Positions 28,739-38,594 of a stretch of 64,000 nucleotides of DNA are shown here, in pieces. Made by a program: the position numbers and the translations under genes. The notes under the pieces are model-generated. The model had not been told where the DNA came from. It saw nothing but the letters and a program-made list of their open reading frames with translations, and ran no database searches. Positions within the stretch are counted from its first letter, which is position 1. Every line of letters starts with the position of its first letter. The stretch comes from a candidate division FCPU426 bacterium (GTDB lineage: Bacteria; Oederibacteriota; Muellerivitia; Muellerivitales; Muellerivitaceae). The DNA lies in the NCBI GenBank assembly GCA_963738405.1, contig CAVTWJ010000012.1:32001-96000 (forward strand), given 5' to 3'.

Positions 28739-30298
28739 TCAATGCCCCGCCGGGTTTTCAGGCGTTGGCGCTTTCGTATTCTTTACGAAGGCAATCAACG
28801 CGACGCTCACGAAAAACATGACGCCAATGGCCATAAAGCAATCGCTGTAAGACATCACAAAGGCCTCGCGGTTGAGGGTGCCGAAAACCGAGGCCATGGC
28901 CTGGCCAATTCCATCACCCGGCGCCCGTAGGGCGAAAAGCCCGGCCCGGTTTGAAAGATCCACCTGGGCGGCCAGTGAAAACCGGCTGGTGGCCTCCGCC
29001 AGGCGGGTGAAATGCAGGTGGTAGCGGTTGTTCAAAAGCGCCCCCAAAAGCCCTATGCCGATGGACCCGCCAAGGTTTCGCATCATGTTGAAAAGCCCCG
29101 ATGCCGACCCCATTTCTCCCGGCTCCAGGCCCCGGTAGGCCAGGTTCGACATGCAGGTAATAATCAGCGGCTGTCCCAGGGCCCGCACCACTTGCGACCA
29201 GAGAAACTGGTCGTAACCCCAATCTTTGGTTAGCCCCGCGTTCATGAAGGCGCTGATGCCGAAAAGCAAAAACCCGGTCCCCGCCAAAAGGCGGTTATCT
29301 ATCTTTTTCACCAGGGTCGGCAAAAGGGGAATCACCAGAAGCTGGGGAAAGCCCGACCACATGATCACTTCCCCGATATGCACCGCGTCAAACCGCTCCA
29401 CCTGGGCCAAGTACAAAGGAAGGATAAAAATGGAGCCGTAAATGCCAAAGCCAAAGGCCAGGGCCCCCAGGTTCACCAGCAAAAAATTGGGGCGAAGCAA
29501 AAGCCTTACATTGATGAAGGGTTTTGGGTTGTGTATTTCCACCGCCAAAAAAGCCAGGGCTGAAACCAGGCACAAGAGGGCGAGGGAAAGGATCAGGTTT
29601 GAAGAAAACCAGTCCTTGCGCACGCCTTCTTCCAGCACCACCGTCAGCGACCCCAGGGCCGTTCCCATAGTCAGAATTCCCCACCAATCGCCATGCCCCA
29701 AAAGTTCAAGCTTCAAAGCGCTCTTTTCTACCCCGTAGCCGATCAACAGCATCAACAACAGGCCCGGCACCAGATTGATGTAGAAAACCAATGGCCAGGA
29801 AAAGTTCACCGTCAGCCATCCCCCCAGGGTTGGACCCACGCAGGGGGCAAAGGTGGCCGCCAAACTGAAGAGGGATAAACCTAAAGGCCTTTGGGCCGCC
29901 GGCAGGTAAGTCATCACAATCGTGGCGCTTAAAGGGATCAGCGCCCCGCCCGAAAAACCCTGAATCACCCGAAAAAGAATCATCTCGGGCAGGCTCTGGG
30001 CCGTGCCGCACAGCATGGAAGCGGCGATAAAAACCGCCGCGCTCCCCAAAAGGTAGCGGCGCAATCCGAACACCTGCGAAAGCCAGCTGGTTAGGGGGAT
30101 GATGATAATTTCAGCCACCAGATAGGCGGTGGATATCCAGGCGCCTTCGTCTAACGTGGCTGAAAGTCCACCCTGGATATCCTGTAAGGAGGCGTTGGTG
30201 ATGGAAATATCCAGTATGGCCATAAAGGCCCCCAGGAGGGATCCCGCCACCGCCACCCACTGCCGGGCCGTGGCCTTGTCGGGGGTTGGGGAATTCAT
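28739..30298 (-). CDS. DHA2 (EmrB/QacA) MFS efflux permease
   Basis: About 14 TM segments; MAILDISITN, W..TAYL, RVIQG..GG, GPTLGGWL, RNLGGSIG. Confidence 0.93.
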   Translation of the reverse strand: MNSPTPDKATARQWVAVAGSLLGAFMAILDISITNASLQDIQGGLSATLDEGAWISTAYLVAEIIIIPLTSWLSQVFGLRRYLLGSAAVFIAASMLCGTAQSLPEMILFRVIQGFSGGALIPLSATIVMTYLPAAQRPLGLSLFSLAATFAPCVGPTLGGWLTVNFSWPLVFYINLVPGLLLMLLIGYGVEKSALKLELLGHGDWWGILTMGTALGSLTVVLEEGVRKDWFSSNLILSLALLCLVSALAFLAVEIHNPKPFINVRLLLRPNFLLVNLGALAFGFGIYGSIFILPLYLAQVERFDAVHIGEVIMWSGFPQLLVIPLLPTLVKKIDNRLLAGTGFLLFGISAFMNAGLTKDWGYDQFLWSQVVRALGQPLIITCMSNLAYRGLEPGEMGSASGLFNMMRNLGGSIGIGLLGALLNNRYHLHFTRLAEATSRFSLAAQVDLSNRAGLFALRAPGDGIGQAMASVFGTLNREAFVMSYSDCFMAIGVMFFVSVALIAFVKNTKAPTPENPAGH

Positions 30299-30305
30299 GG
30301 TCGCC

Positions 30306-31163
30306 TCAATTCACTAAAATTTTGGCCTCAACCGACAGGCCAGGCACGATGCGGTCTTCATAGCCCTGTATTGAATCCGCCAAAAAGCGCAGGCGCACCG
30401 GCACCCGCTGGACGATCTTGGTAAAGTTGCCCGTGGCGTTTTCGGGCGGGATCAAGGCGAAGGTCGATCCGGTACCGGGGGCGATGCTATCGACTACTGC
30501 CTCAAACCGCTTCCCACCAATGGAATCAATATTCACCTCGGCCTTCTGGCCGGGGCGAATTTTTTTGAGCTGGGTTTCTTTAAAGTTGGCGTCCACCCAG
30601 GGCGTGCCCGCGTCCACGAAAGCAAGCAGAGGCTCGCCGGGCGCCACCACCATGCCCGATTCCACGGCCTTCTTGCCGATGGTGCCGTCCGATGGCGCGC
30701 GAAGCAGGGTAAATTGCAAGTTCAGCTCACTTTGCTCAATCTGCGCCCTCAGGGAATCCCACTGGTTTTCCAGTTCCTGGGCCTTGGCGTTGGCCTCGTC
30801 CCGGTACTGGGCGCTCACCGCCCCTTCGGCGAAAAGGTCTTTCGCGCGTTTTTCATCTTTCTTGGCAAGCGTTAGGCTCGCCTCCACCGACCTCAGCTGG
30901 GCTTCCTGCTGGTCCAGGGCATTTTGGAAATCCCGGGGGTCAATGGCCACCAGTATCTGGCCCTTCTTGACCTTCTGGTTTTCTTGCACCAGCACCTGCG
31001 TCACCAGCCCCGGCACCTTGGTGGATAGGGTGGCCACGTTGGCACCCACATAAGCGTTGTCGGTGGATTCGCTTTTCCCGCCGAACACCGCCATGATCCC
31101 TAGGATCAGCGCGGCCCCGATGCCGATCCCGAACCCCGTTTGTTTTTTCGCTCTTTCCGTCAT
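30306..31163 (-). CDS. HlyD/EmrA-family membrane fusion protein
   Basis: STDNAYV, ANFKETQL, PPENATGNFTKIVQRVPV; GGAGG RBS before ATG 31163. Confidence 0.93.
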   Translation of the reverse strand: MTERAKKQTGFGIGIGAALILGIMAVFGGKSESTDNAYVGANVATLSTKVPGLVTQVLVQENQKVKKGQILVAIDPRDFQNALDQQEAQLRSVEASLTLAKKDEKRAKDLFAEGAVSAQYRDEANAKAQELENQWDSLRAQIEQSELNLQFTLLRAPSDGTIGKKAVESGMVVAPGEPLLAFVDAGTPWVDANFKETQLKKIRPGQKAEVNIDSIGGKRFEAVVDSIAPGTGSTFALIPPENATGNFTKIVQRVPVRLRFLADSIQGYEDRIVPGLSVEAKILVN

Positions 31164-31209
31164 GACTGCCTCCTTGAATTTTGAATGCTCTCCAACCCTT
31201 GGAAACTTC

Positions 31210-31377
31210 TTATGCCGCCCGGTGAAAGGGCCTCCCCTTGTGGCTTTCCTGAATAGTGGCCACCCGGCGCACCATGTTGTCGTTGATGTGCAACAAACTT
31301 TTGATTTCCTCCAAACCCCGCTCGGGGTTAGGCCTTTCCACTTCAATCAGGTTTTGAATCGCGCTTTCGGTTTTCAT
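31210..31377 (-). CDS. Small protein (55 aa), not in the ORF track
   Basis: GGGGAGG RBS, ATG at 31377, MKTESAIQNLIEVERPNPERGLEEIKSLLHINDNMVRRVATIQESHKGRPFHRAA*; first gene after the TetR operator. Confidence 0.55.
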   Translation of the reverse strand: MKTESAIQNLIEVERPNPERGLEEIKSLLHINDNMVRRVATIQESHKGRPFHRAA

Positions 31378-31443
31378 GTCGTCCTCCCCAAAGACTGTTA
31401 AGGGTGATTTATTTTTTTCCCGGTGAGCCGGGCCTTTTCAAAC

Positions 31444-31463
31444 TATCTACCTCAAGGTAGGTA
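31444..31463. promoter_or_regulatory. TetR operator upstream of the efflux operon
   Basis: TATCTACC-N4-GGTAGGTA; same motif as the two boxes upstream of the tetR gene. Confidence 0.7.
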
Positions 31464-31487
31464 TTGAGGGTAAAAAAATTTAACCGG

Positions 31488-32081
31488 TTACTTCTTCAAG
31501 GCCTCCGAAATTTGGCCCGTTACCTTTTTAAAATAATCAGGGTTGCTCTGCGCCCGGCTGATCTGCAATGCCCCCTGGATGGAGGAATAAATAAACTGCG
31601 CCTGGTCCGCCGCCTCACCCTGAAGGGCGAAAACCCCTTCTTCCCTTCCCCGTTCCAACAAGGCCTTCAGCCAATCCTGGTGGCGCTTCATTACCCGCCC
31701 CGCCGCGTCCTGCAGTTTCTTAGGCAAAGATACCCATTCAGAAGCCAAGGCCCCGATCGGGCAAATGCGGGTGCAGTTTTCGGAAATGCGGGTGAAGTAG
31801 GCGAAGTAGGCTTGCATCTGCTCTACCGGCGGCAGGTTTTGGTCTTTCATCATTTCTTGCCAGGTGTCGATGCGTTTCAGGCTGTCGTTAAGCAACCCCA
31901 CCCCCAGGTCTTCCTTCGTGGGAAAGTGGTAGTGGATGCTAGCCTTGCGGATATGCAGCCTGTCCGCCAGGTCCTGGTAGCTGAAGGCGTTGTAACCCCG
32001 GGTTTGGATCAGTTCCAGGGCCACCTTTTTCAGGTCGGCGCTGGTGTCTTTGGTGTTGGCTAAGGTTGGGCGGCCCATCAA
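31488..32081 (-). CDS. TetR/AcrR family regulator
   Basis: GYNAFSYQDLA..L.IRKASIHYHFPTKEDL. Confidence 0.93.
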   Translation of the reverse strand: MMGRPTLANTKDTSADLKKVALELIQTRGYNAFSYQDLADRLHIRKASIHYHFPTKEDLGVGLLNDSLKRIDTWQEMMKDQNLPPVEQMQAYFAYFTRISENCTRICPIGALASEWVSLPKKLQDAAGRVMKRHQDWLKALLERGREEGVFALQGEAADQAQFIYSSIQGALQISRAQSNPDYFKKVTGQISEALKK

Positions 32082-32098
32082 GCACCTCGAAAAGCTTT

Positions 32099-32140
32099 AT
32101 ATCTACCTACGGGTAGATATTACCTACCTCTTGGTAGATA
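32099..32140. promoter_or_regulatory. Tandem TetR autoregulatory operators
   Basis: ATATCTACC-TACG-GGTAGATAT and TACCTACC-TCTT-GGTAGATA. Confidence 0.7.
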
Positions 32141-32294
32141 GTCAAGGGACTTTATAAACTTTTTTAATCATGAGGAAAATTAGGCTTAAATTCGCGAAGA
32201 GGTCTTTTGGTCCTTAAGGGGTTGGAAAGGCCCCTTTTTAAAGAATGAAAAGGGTCTTATAGTGAATTCAACATTAAGAGTTAGGCCAGCGCCT

Positions 32295-32447
32295 ACACCA
32301 ACCTGCGAGAATTCCAGTCGAGCAGTATGCCTTGGTTGTCCCAACCGAAAAAAAACGGTTGGGACACCAACCTGCGAGAATTCCAGTCGAGCAGTATGCC
32401 TTGGTTGTCCCAACCGAAAAAAAACGGTTGGGACACCAACCTGCGAG
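32295..32447. repeat. 69-bp exact tandem repeat (about 2.2 copies) containing a hairpin
   Basis: Units start at 32295, 32364 and 32433; each forms TGTCCCAACCG-A8-CGGTTGGGACA. Confidence 0.9.
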
Positions 32448-32610
32448 CTCTCGCAAGGTGGTCCGCGAAAGCGAATGGGGTCCTATCTGGGACAACCAAG
32501 TGAGCGATCCCTCTCTTAAAAATCCGCGCCTGCACCGAAGTCTCATGCTGAGGTGCATGCTTTGGCAGTACCGGATCAAAAGTTATCAAGATCCGGTAAG
32601 GGAGGCCGTC

Positions 32611-32988
32611 ATGTTTACCACCTACTACATTCAAAACGGAAAATGGGTCAAGGGATTCCATAATTGGGCCACGGGCATAGGTTTTCTCATGTATTCCGCC
32701 CTATATCGAGGCGCCTTTCCCCAACCGATGCCTCCCTGGCTTTTTTATCTACCGTTGTTTGATCGGGTGATGCTTCTTAAGAAAGCCGTTGAATCTAAGA
32801 CACCTGTCCCGAACCTTCCAAGTGAGGGACAAGCCTTGGTAGTCCCAATTCCAAAAGGGAATTGGGAACCCATTCCAGAAGCCCGGCAAGGTCTTTATTA
32901 CCCTTTAGATTTTCCGGGGGATATGGCCCCGGACGACCGTCGATGGCTTCGTGAGACTTTAGGTTTTGAACTTGTTTCGGAGAATTAA
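32611..32988 (+). CDS. Hypothetical protein
   Basis: GGGAGG RBS before ATG 32611; 125 aa. Confidence 0.55.
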   Translation: MFTTYYIQNGKWVKGFHNWATGIGFLMYSALYRGAFPQPMPPWLFYLPLFDRVMLLKKAVESKTPVPNLPSEGQALVVPIPKGNWEPIPEARQGLYYPLDFPGDMAPDDRRWLRETLGFELVSEN

Positions 32989-33050
32989 ACTAACTTCAAG
33001 GAGATTGAGGAAGGATCAATTTTCTTTTTTCAGGCCTGACCCCTTTTACA

Positions 33051-33097
33051 CCCGGTAGGCCAGGTTCGACATGCAGGTAATAATCAGCGGCTGTCCC
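33051..33097. repeat. 47-bp exact copy of MFS coding sequence 29131-29177
   Basis: CCCGGTAGGCCAGGTTCGACATGCAGGTAATAATCAGCGGCTGTCCC occurs at both positions in the same orientation. Confidence 0.95.
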
Positions 33098-33157
33098 GAA
33101 CATCACAGCCTTTATACCATTGATGGTAATCAGCTCACCAATGATGAGGTCGCATGA
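33098..33157 (+). pseudogene. 3' stub of a probable ThiF/E1-like gene (normal upstream partner of DUF6527)
   Basis: Reads EHHSLYTIDGNQLTNDEVA* with ATGA overlap into DUF6527; family recalled by eye. Confidence 0.55.
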
Positions 33158-33504
33158 AACTCAAGATAATTTTGAAATATGAATTCGTTGAGTTCATCCC
33201 AGAAGACCTAAGAGACAATATGATTTATATCTCCATACCATATGCCACGGCAGTCCACAAATGTTGTTGTGGTTGTGGAAATAAAGTGGTCACACCGCTA
33301 TCACGAACCGATTGGAAGCTAATTTTTGATGGCGAAACCGTTTCACTTTATCCGTCAATTGGAAATTGGGCTTTTGATTGTCAGTCCCACTATTGGATTA
33401 AAAATAATACTATCCGTTGGGCCCCAAAATGGAGCTCACGGAAAATTGACGCAGTACGAGCATATGACAAGGTAATGAAGAAGAAATATTTCGATTCAAT
33501 ATAA
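33154..33504 (+). CDS. DUF6527 family protein
   Basis: FVEFIPE.L....YIS..YATAVHKCCCGCG.KVVTPL...W...VSLYPSIGNW...CQSHYWI. Confidence 0.85.
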   Translation: MKLKIILKYEFVEFIPEDLRDNMIYISIPYATAVHKCCCGCGNKVVTPLSRTDWKLIFDGETVSLYPSIGNWAFDCQSHYWIKNNTIRWAPKWSSRKIDAVRAYDKVMKKKYFDSI

Positions 33505-33537
33505 TTTTCCTTATTTTAAGAATTTTTCATCGGGTTG

Positions 33538-35520
33538 CTAAATCGATGAAAACCCAAGACTTTTCAGGTAATTGAATGTGTTGTTATAAAAATGTGGTGG
33601 TCGAGTTGGATCCGTCTTTTCTCCTTCAGGGACTACAATCACCATACCCTGTCGAGCACGGGTTAACAGTACCCTGTAAGCATTCTTGAGGTACTTTTGT
33701 CTGTCTTCGGAATGTATGTGCTGCCACTTGTTACCTCGGAACGACCAATTTTCCCATCCTTGCGTGGTATAACGAAAATCTGCATCCCAAGTTACGCAGG
33801 CCCAATCCAATTCCAAACCTTGGATATGAAATTCGGTAGCTACATCCTCCAAATAATAGGAAGAACGGACATCATCCTTATCATCTAAGAACCAATGGAT
33901 TGGATCGACAGGGGTTTTTACATCAATCGCATGTGGTTTCAAGCGCTCAGCCTGTGAAGAAACAACAATTCCATACCTTTCAGTACCGCGCGCATGGTCC
34001 CTTAACCATTTTTTGGCTTTGTTCAAATCACGAGTAATAACGATAGGATATTTATCTTGAAGTGCCTCAAGCGATTTTTGTGCCTTTACTACATTAAGGT
34101 CCAGTATTTCTTTAACAAGAGACGCCAGGTTTTCTGCGCGGAAAGAACGCATAGACACCGAAAGGTGTAATTCATCTTTTTTCGTGGTATTGGGCTGATT
34201 CATATAGTTTTTAATGTTTTCGGACGACCCATATTCCGAATCTGAAAGTTTAGGGGATATATATATTCGCCAATCCGGATAAGAACGTTTAATGCTTTCA
34301 AACCATTCTGATATGCCGGCTTCTCCTGTATTTATTTCTTGGCCCCCACCTACCAGGCACACTACCAACGCCCAGTCTTTATGCCTATTCATACAAGAAA
34401 TTAAAAATTCAGGTTCTGATTGATTGAAATTAGGCCTGTTCTTTTTTCGCTTCATAAAACTACTAGTTTGTTTCAAATCCCATGCCCGTTGAGCTTCATC
34501 AAATATAGCAACGTGTTCTTTAGGTGGATTTTCTTCATCGATTAGACCTTCATCTCGAAAATTGTGAATATTTTGAATAAAAGCTTTAACTTCGCTAAAA
34601 GCAACATTCTTTTTTATACGATTCCCTTTTCCTTTTTCTCTTTTTACTTTGTCGCGAGCCAAAGCCTCTCGAAGAACAGCTACCAATGGACCATTCCCAG
34701 ATAGAAATACGCTGTAAAGGTCATTTTCATTACTGATGTGTTTCGTTGCGATATTTAAACCCACCAGAGTCTTGCCTGATCCTGGTACACCCGTCACAAA
34801 ACAAATAGCTTTCTGCCTTTTTTCTTTCGAATATCGAATAATTTCAGAAATGGTTTCGGAAGTCTTTTCAAGATTGATTGCGCCTGCATCACTACGAGTT
34901 ATATCAATAACGGAATGATTGCCATAAAGAGCTAAAGCAGCCTCAATAATAGTTGGGGTCGGCGAATATCTGCCCTGGTCCCAAGTGCCTGAAACTATTT
35001 TTCCGCCACCAGTGAAATCTAATACTGATCTAATAATTTCACTCAATTTCTTCGTGTTGGTTTTCATAGGCACAAAAAGCTTATCGTCAGCCACCTCAAA
35101 CCCAATTACCTCAGAAGTCTCTGAATCTTTGGCGTCTGTAGCAATAAGAATAGGAGCGACATATTTATCATGGCTTGTTTCATGAAAATTCTTTAAATCG
35201 AGACCGTAATCCCAAACTTGATCGATGGCTTGTTTATGGAAAACTTGTTCGTAAATCTTAAATTCGAGCACAAATATAACGGGACCTATTAAAAGAAGAA
35301 CATCAATACGGGAACCCATTCGTGGGATGGAATACTCGAAGTAAATTGAACCCAAAAATGGCTTTAAAGCGACTTTCAGAATCCTAATTTCTTCTAGCCA
35401 GGCATCTTTTTGTGTTATTTCTAAATTAAATTCATTTCGCGATGCAATTTTCCCAACAATTGAAGCATCTGTTTCTTTCAAGAATCGCGAAATAGTATCG
35501 GAGTAATAGGATCGAATCAT
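33538..35520 (-). CDS. DUF2075 (Schlafen group 3-like) nuclease-helicase
   Basis: N-terminal RIDV...LEFK (PD-(D/E)xK-like); [30 protein letters not shown]. Confidence 0.88.
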   Translation of the reverse strand: MIRSYYSDTISRFLKETDASIVGKIASRNEFNLEITQKDAWLEEIRILKVALKPFLGSIYFEYSIPRMGSRIDVLLLIGPVIFVLEFKIYEQVFHKQAIDQVWDYGLDLKNFHETSHDKYVAPILIATDAKDSETSEVIGFEVADDKLFVPMKTNTKKLSEIIRSVLDFTGGGKIVSGTWDQGRYSPTPTIIEAALALYGNHSVIDITRSDAGAINLEKTSETISEIIRYSKEKRQKAICFVTGVPGSGKTLVGLNIATKHISNENDLYSVFLSGNGPLVAVLREALARDKVKREKGKGNRIKKNVAFSEVKAFIQNIHNFRDEGLIDEENPPKEHVAIFDEAQRAWDLKQTSSFMKRKKNRPNFNQSEPEFLISCMNRHKDWALVVCLVGGGQEINTGEAGISEWFESIKRSYPDWRIYISPKLSDSEYGSSENIKNYMNQPNTTKKDELHLSVSMRSFRAENLASLVKEILDLNVVKAQKSLEALQDKYPIVITRDLNKAKKWLRDHARGTERYGIVVSSQAERLKPHAIDVKTPVDPIHWFLDDKDDVRSSYYLEDVATEFHIQGLELDWACVTWDADFRYTTQGWENWSFRGNKWQHIHSEDRQKYLKNAYRVLLTRARQGMVIVVPEGEKTDPTRPPHFYNNTFNYLKSLGFSSI

Positions 35521-36468
35521 TTAAGCTAGAAACCTCTGTTTCAAATGCCATTCCAAATAATCGTGGGAAGGTTGTTCAGCAGGCTTTTCTGGTATTACTT
35601 TAAGTTTCTGCCCATCGTATATGTAATAATCCCTACCATTTTCAAATTCTTCTCGTATTTTGGGGCTCACCCTAACCTTAAAATCCTGGTCCACAGCCAA
35701 ATAACGTTGGTCAAAAAGGATATGAAGATCTGACCTTAGAAGCAGGCCGTTTCGGATTTCATGTGGCCCATCCTCGGCATAAGGTTTGATATGGGCGGCC
35801 TCAAGGACGGGTAGGGTTTTTTCACCACTAATAGCGCATTTGCGATGATAAGCATCAGTAACTAAGACCCTGAAAGCTCCTTGTCCTAAACGAGGTCTAA
35901 CGATTTGTGGTGTTCCATATCGTTCTTTATCGCCATCGATAGATTGTTCAGAAGTTTCTAATGAAGGTAATACTTCTAAACCTGCAAGTCGGGGTTGAAT
36001 TTTACCCCATAATTCTTTTCCCATTTCATCATCAACCGAATCTAGGGTTTTACCTTGAACCACATTCATGGGCCACTGAGAAGGCACGGGAATCCATTTT
36101 TCTCTTGGCCAATAGAAAGGTTGCGCGAGAAGCGTACAGCCAATAGCTGGATCGCGCGGTACATCTACATGGCGATCCCGACGATATCCGGCAATGGCTT
36201 CCCGCAATTGAGCTAAGGTTTCCGTGCCATTCTTTTCACCATAAGCTAACCAAGCCAAAGACAATGGTAGAACCGTGTGCTTAACAAAATATCCCCCCCC
36301 AACGATGTAGTTATTTGGTGCATGTAACTTAAAGAGGAAAGGCGCGCCTTCAGGGATGGGCCCCCAATGGGCTTGGGCACCCGGACGCCAAAAATTGATC
36401 TCATCAGCCTTTTTCGCCGCGAGGAAATGGAACCATTTGTCATCGGTAACACCAACGAAAAATTTCAT
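35521..36468 (-). CDS. HNH endonuclease (putative restriction endonuclease) with N-terminal PUA-like domain
   Basis: RLGQGAFR..V.DAY..KCAISG...LEAAHIKPY...NGLLLRSDLH.LFD; N-terminus VTD..W...NFW.P. Confidence 0.88.
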   Translation of the reverse strand: MKFFVGVTDDKWFHFLAAKKADEINFWRPGAQAHWGPIPEGAPFLFKLHAPNNYIVGGGYFVKHTVLPLSLAWLAYGEKNGTETLAQLREAIAGYRRDRHVDVPRDPAIGCTLLAQPFYWPREKWIPVPSQWPMNVVQGKTLDSVDDEMGKELWGKIQPRLAGLEVLPSLETSEQSIDGDKERYGTPQIVRPRLGQGAFRVLVTDAYHRKCAISGEKTLPVLEAAHIKPYAEDGPHEIRNGLLLRSDLHILFDQRYLAVDQDFKVRVSPKIREEFENGRDYYIYDGQKLKVIPEKPAEQPSHDYLEWHLKQRFLA

Positions 36469-36490
36469 TTAACTCCAGTTCAAACAGAGT

Positions 36491-38470
36491 CTAAAAATCC
36501 TTTTCTTTTTCTGCTGCCATTTGGCTAATTTCTACCGGTTTATATAAAGTCTCCAATTGAATAACTTTTGTTGTTACCGATTTTGTTAAAACTAACCGTT
36601 CTTTTAAATATTCTCTTAATGCCGCATCTTTACACCAAACATAACAACCTTTCCGGCCCCTAGAGAGCAGAACCCGATAAGTGCTTTTGATAATGCTTTC
36701 CACTTTTTCCAATATCGCTTTTTGCCTTTCTGTCTTCCCTTCTGCTTCTCTAAATTCACCCTTCCATCCGGTTAAACTTTTATCAGTGCTGGCTCTTTTA
36801 GCTGGATCGCCTTGAACCTTTTCATTCTTATAGAAGAGATCATCACCTATAAGTAGGCCTATCCAATCAAACTCCAGACCTTGGATTGTATGGATACATC
36901 CAACCTGTCCAATACCATCTTTTGAGGCGGCCCAACTTTCGCTGGCGAAATTCCACGGCAGCGACAACCCATCGGCCTGGACATGCTTAATTTTGGTGCC
37001 TCGCTCACGGCCCTCTGTTGGCCATTTCCAGGAATAGCCCGCGATAAGACGTGCTTTATTCGTATCGTTTTTCTCTGTTAAGGCTTCATAAAGTGTTTCG
37101 GCCTGGTCAAAAACCTTAAATTCGTATTGACCATCACCCCAATTTTCAAAATTACCCGTTGGCCTAATCTGCAGAACATCGTCCAGCCAATTCAAATAGC
37201 CCGTGGATCCATTACAGCGGAATTGGGCTGAAAGCTTAAAAATGGGATGAATTTTTGCTTTATATTTCTTCGCGGCCTCGACAATTGAATCAACGGACCC
37301 AGTGTCTTGCCAACTCACCCTTTGGGATTCATCAATAAAAAAAACGCTGATGCGTGCGCTACGCACCATGTCCTCAACCATACTTTTACCCTTGTATTGG
37401 TAAGCCTGGTCCTTGAGCCGATGGGCCTCATCGACGATCAGAATCTCACAACGCTCGTCTTTACGGTAATCGGCGTCATAAAAGCTCCACGAAGATTGAA
37501 AAAGCGCCTGCCCATCCTCCCGATATTGCTTATTGCCCTTTGATAAGCTTTCGACCAAGGCATCTCGAAAAGCCTTATTAGGCGCTACAAAGAAAGCCAT
37601 TCGTTTGCGTTTGAGCATTTCAGCTAACAGCCTGACCGCGATAACCGATTTGCCTGTACCCGGCCCACCTTCTACGACGAAGACATGGCGATGAGTGCGG
37701 TCTGTTTCAGTAAGTAATTGATGCCTGATAATCCGAAAGGCTTCATCCTGCTCATCAATCAATTGGAACTCTTCATTCCCTTCCAACATGCTATCGACTT
37801 TGCTAATAAGCTCGTCGGATGGGCGCCAACGGCCCTGATCCAAAAGAAACAAAACGTCATTTTTGGATTTCTTGGGAATAAGTTCTTCAAAATAGGACCG
37901 AAGTTTCGAGACATCATCCGCAAGAAATAGCCTCGATTCGGCCAGAAGGTCCTGATAGCGAGCATCTTCAAGGGGTTCGGGATTACGGCGGTGCAGGTTA
38001 AAAAGGTAAGCGGATGGGTGAAGTTGGATACCTTTTTCCACAATATCCTGGTTAAAACGAACAATGGTCCCTTTATAGGTACGGGCTTGAAGACAGGGGT
38101 GTTGTTTTTCAGTGCCGCCACCGATGGGGGATATAACCATGTTCTCAATATTAGAAAGACCCGCCTTATCCCATGCCTTGAGTTCGATAATTAAACCGTT
38201 ATCTGTTTTGCCGTCGTTCCCCGCCAAAAGAACATCTATACGGCTTCGTCCAATGGAAGAGAGGTGGTATTCGATTGCGACTTGAACATCATCCGCTACT
38301 TGGGCTTTGCGTAATTGGAGGGAAAATTGGGAATATTCAGATGCCCATACAGAACGATCTCTTGGGATTGACCCCGTCTTAACTTTAAAAGCATTTTCTA
38401 ATTTTGGTTGGAGATTATTACTATCGACATCATCTATAAATCCGGATTTAGTGTTTTGGTAGATGATCAT
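36491..38470 (-). CDS. DUF2075 (Schlafen group 3-like) nuclease-helicase, second divergent paralog
   Basis: RIDVLL...IIELKAW; HP..QA..Y; GGPGTGKS; DEAHRL; QFRC.G; IHTIQGLEFD; YRVLLSRG.KG. Confidence 0.9.
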   Translation of the reverse strand: MIIYQNTKSGFIDDVDSNNLQPKLENAFKVKTGSIPRDRSVWASEYSQFSLQLRKAQVADDVQVAIEYHLSSIGRSRIDVLLAGNDGKTDNGLIIELKAWDKAGLSNIENMVISPIGGGTEKQHPCLQARTYKGTIVRFNQDIVEKGIQLHPSAYLFNLHRRNPEPLEDARYQDLLAESRLFLADDVSKLRSYFEELIPKKSKNDVLFLLDQGRWRPSDELISKVDSMLEGNEEFQLIDEQDEAFRIIRHQLLTETDRTHRHVFVVEGGPGTGKSVIAVRLLAEMLKRKRMAFFVAPNKAFRDALVESLSKGNKQYREDGQALFQSSWSFYDADYRKDERCEILIVDEAHRLKDQAYQYKGKSMVEDMVRSARISVFFIDESQRVSWQDTGSVDSIVEAAKKYKAKIHPIFKLSAQFRCNGSTGYLNWLDDVLQIRPTGNFENWGDGQYEFKVFDQAETLYEALTEKNDTNKARLIAGYSWKWPTEGRERGTKIKHVQADGLSLPWNFASESWAASKDGIGQVGCIHTIQGLEFDWIGLLIGDDLFYKNEKVQGDPAKRASTDKSLTGWKGEFREAEGKTERQKAILEKVESIIKSTYRVLLSRGRKGCYVWCKDAALREYLKERLVLTKSVTTKVIQLETLYKPVEISQMAAEKEKDF

Positions 38471-38491
38471 CCGGTTTTATACCGTGCTTTC

Positions 38492-38530
38492 TTACAGGTC
38501 GGTGTACTTCTTATTGCTTCCCTTCGCTTT
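38492..38530 (-). pseudogene. 3' stub of a second MazG-like gene
   Basis: Encodes KAKGSNKKYTDL*, paralleling KAKGSNKKYSEFR* of the intact gene but with different synonymous codons. Confidence 0.7.
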
Positions 38531-38536
38531 TAAAAC

Positions 38537-38567
38537 CAGTTCACAGTTGGCAGTCGGCAGTCGACAG
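38537..38567. repeat. CAGTYNN heptamer repeats (second tract at 38977-38997)
   Basis: CAGTTCA CAGTTGG CAGTCGG CAGTCGA CAG; and CAGTTAA CAGTTCA CAGTCGG on the other side of the mazG-like gene. Confidence 0.75.
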
Positions 38568-38594
38568 AGAAACATCAATTAAAGCCAACTTAAT

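Noticed and set aside
32295..32447. CRISPR array, or the 218-aa ORF starting at 32332
   Set aside because: The units are identical with no unique spacers. ORFs crossing it just translate the repeat; the SD-supported start is 32611.
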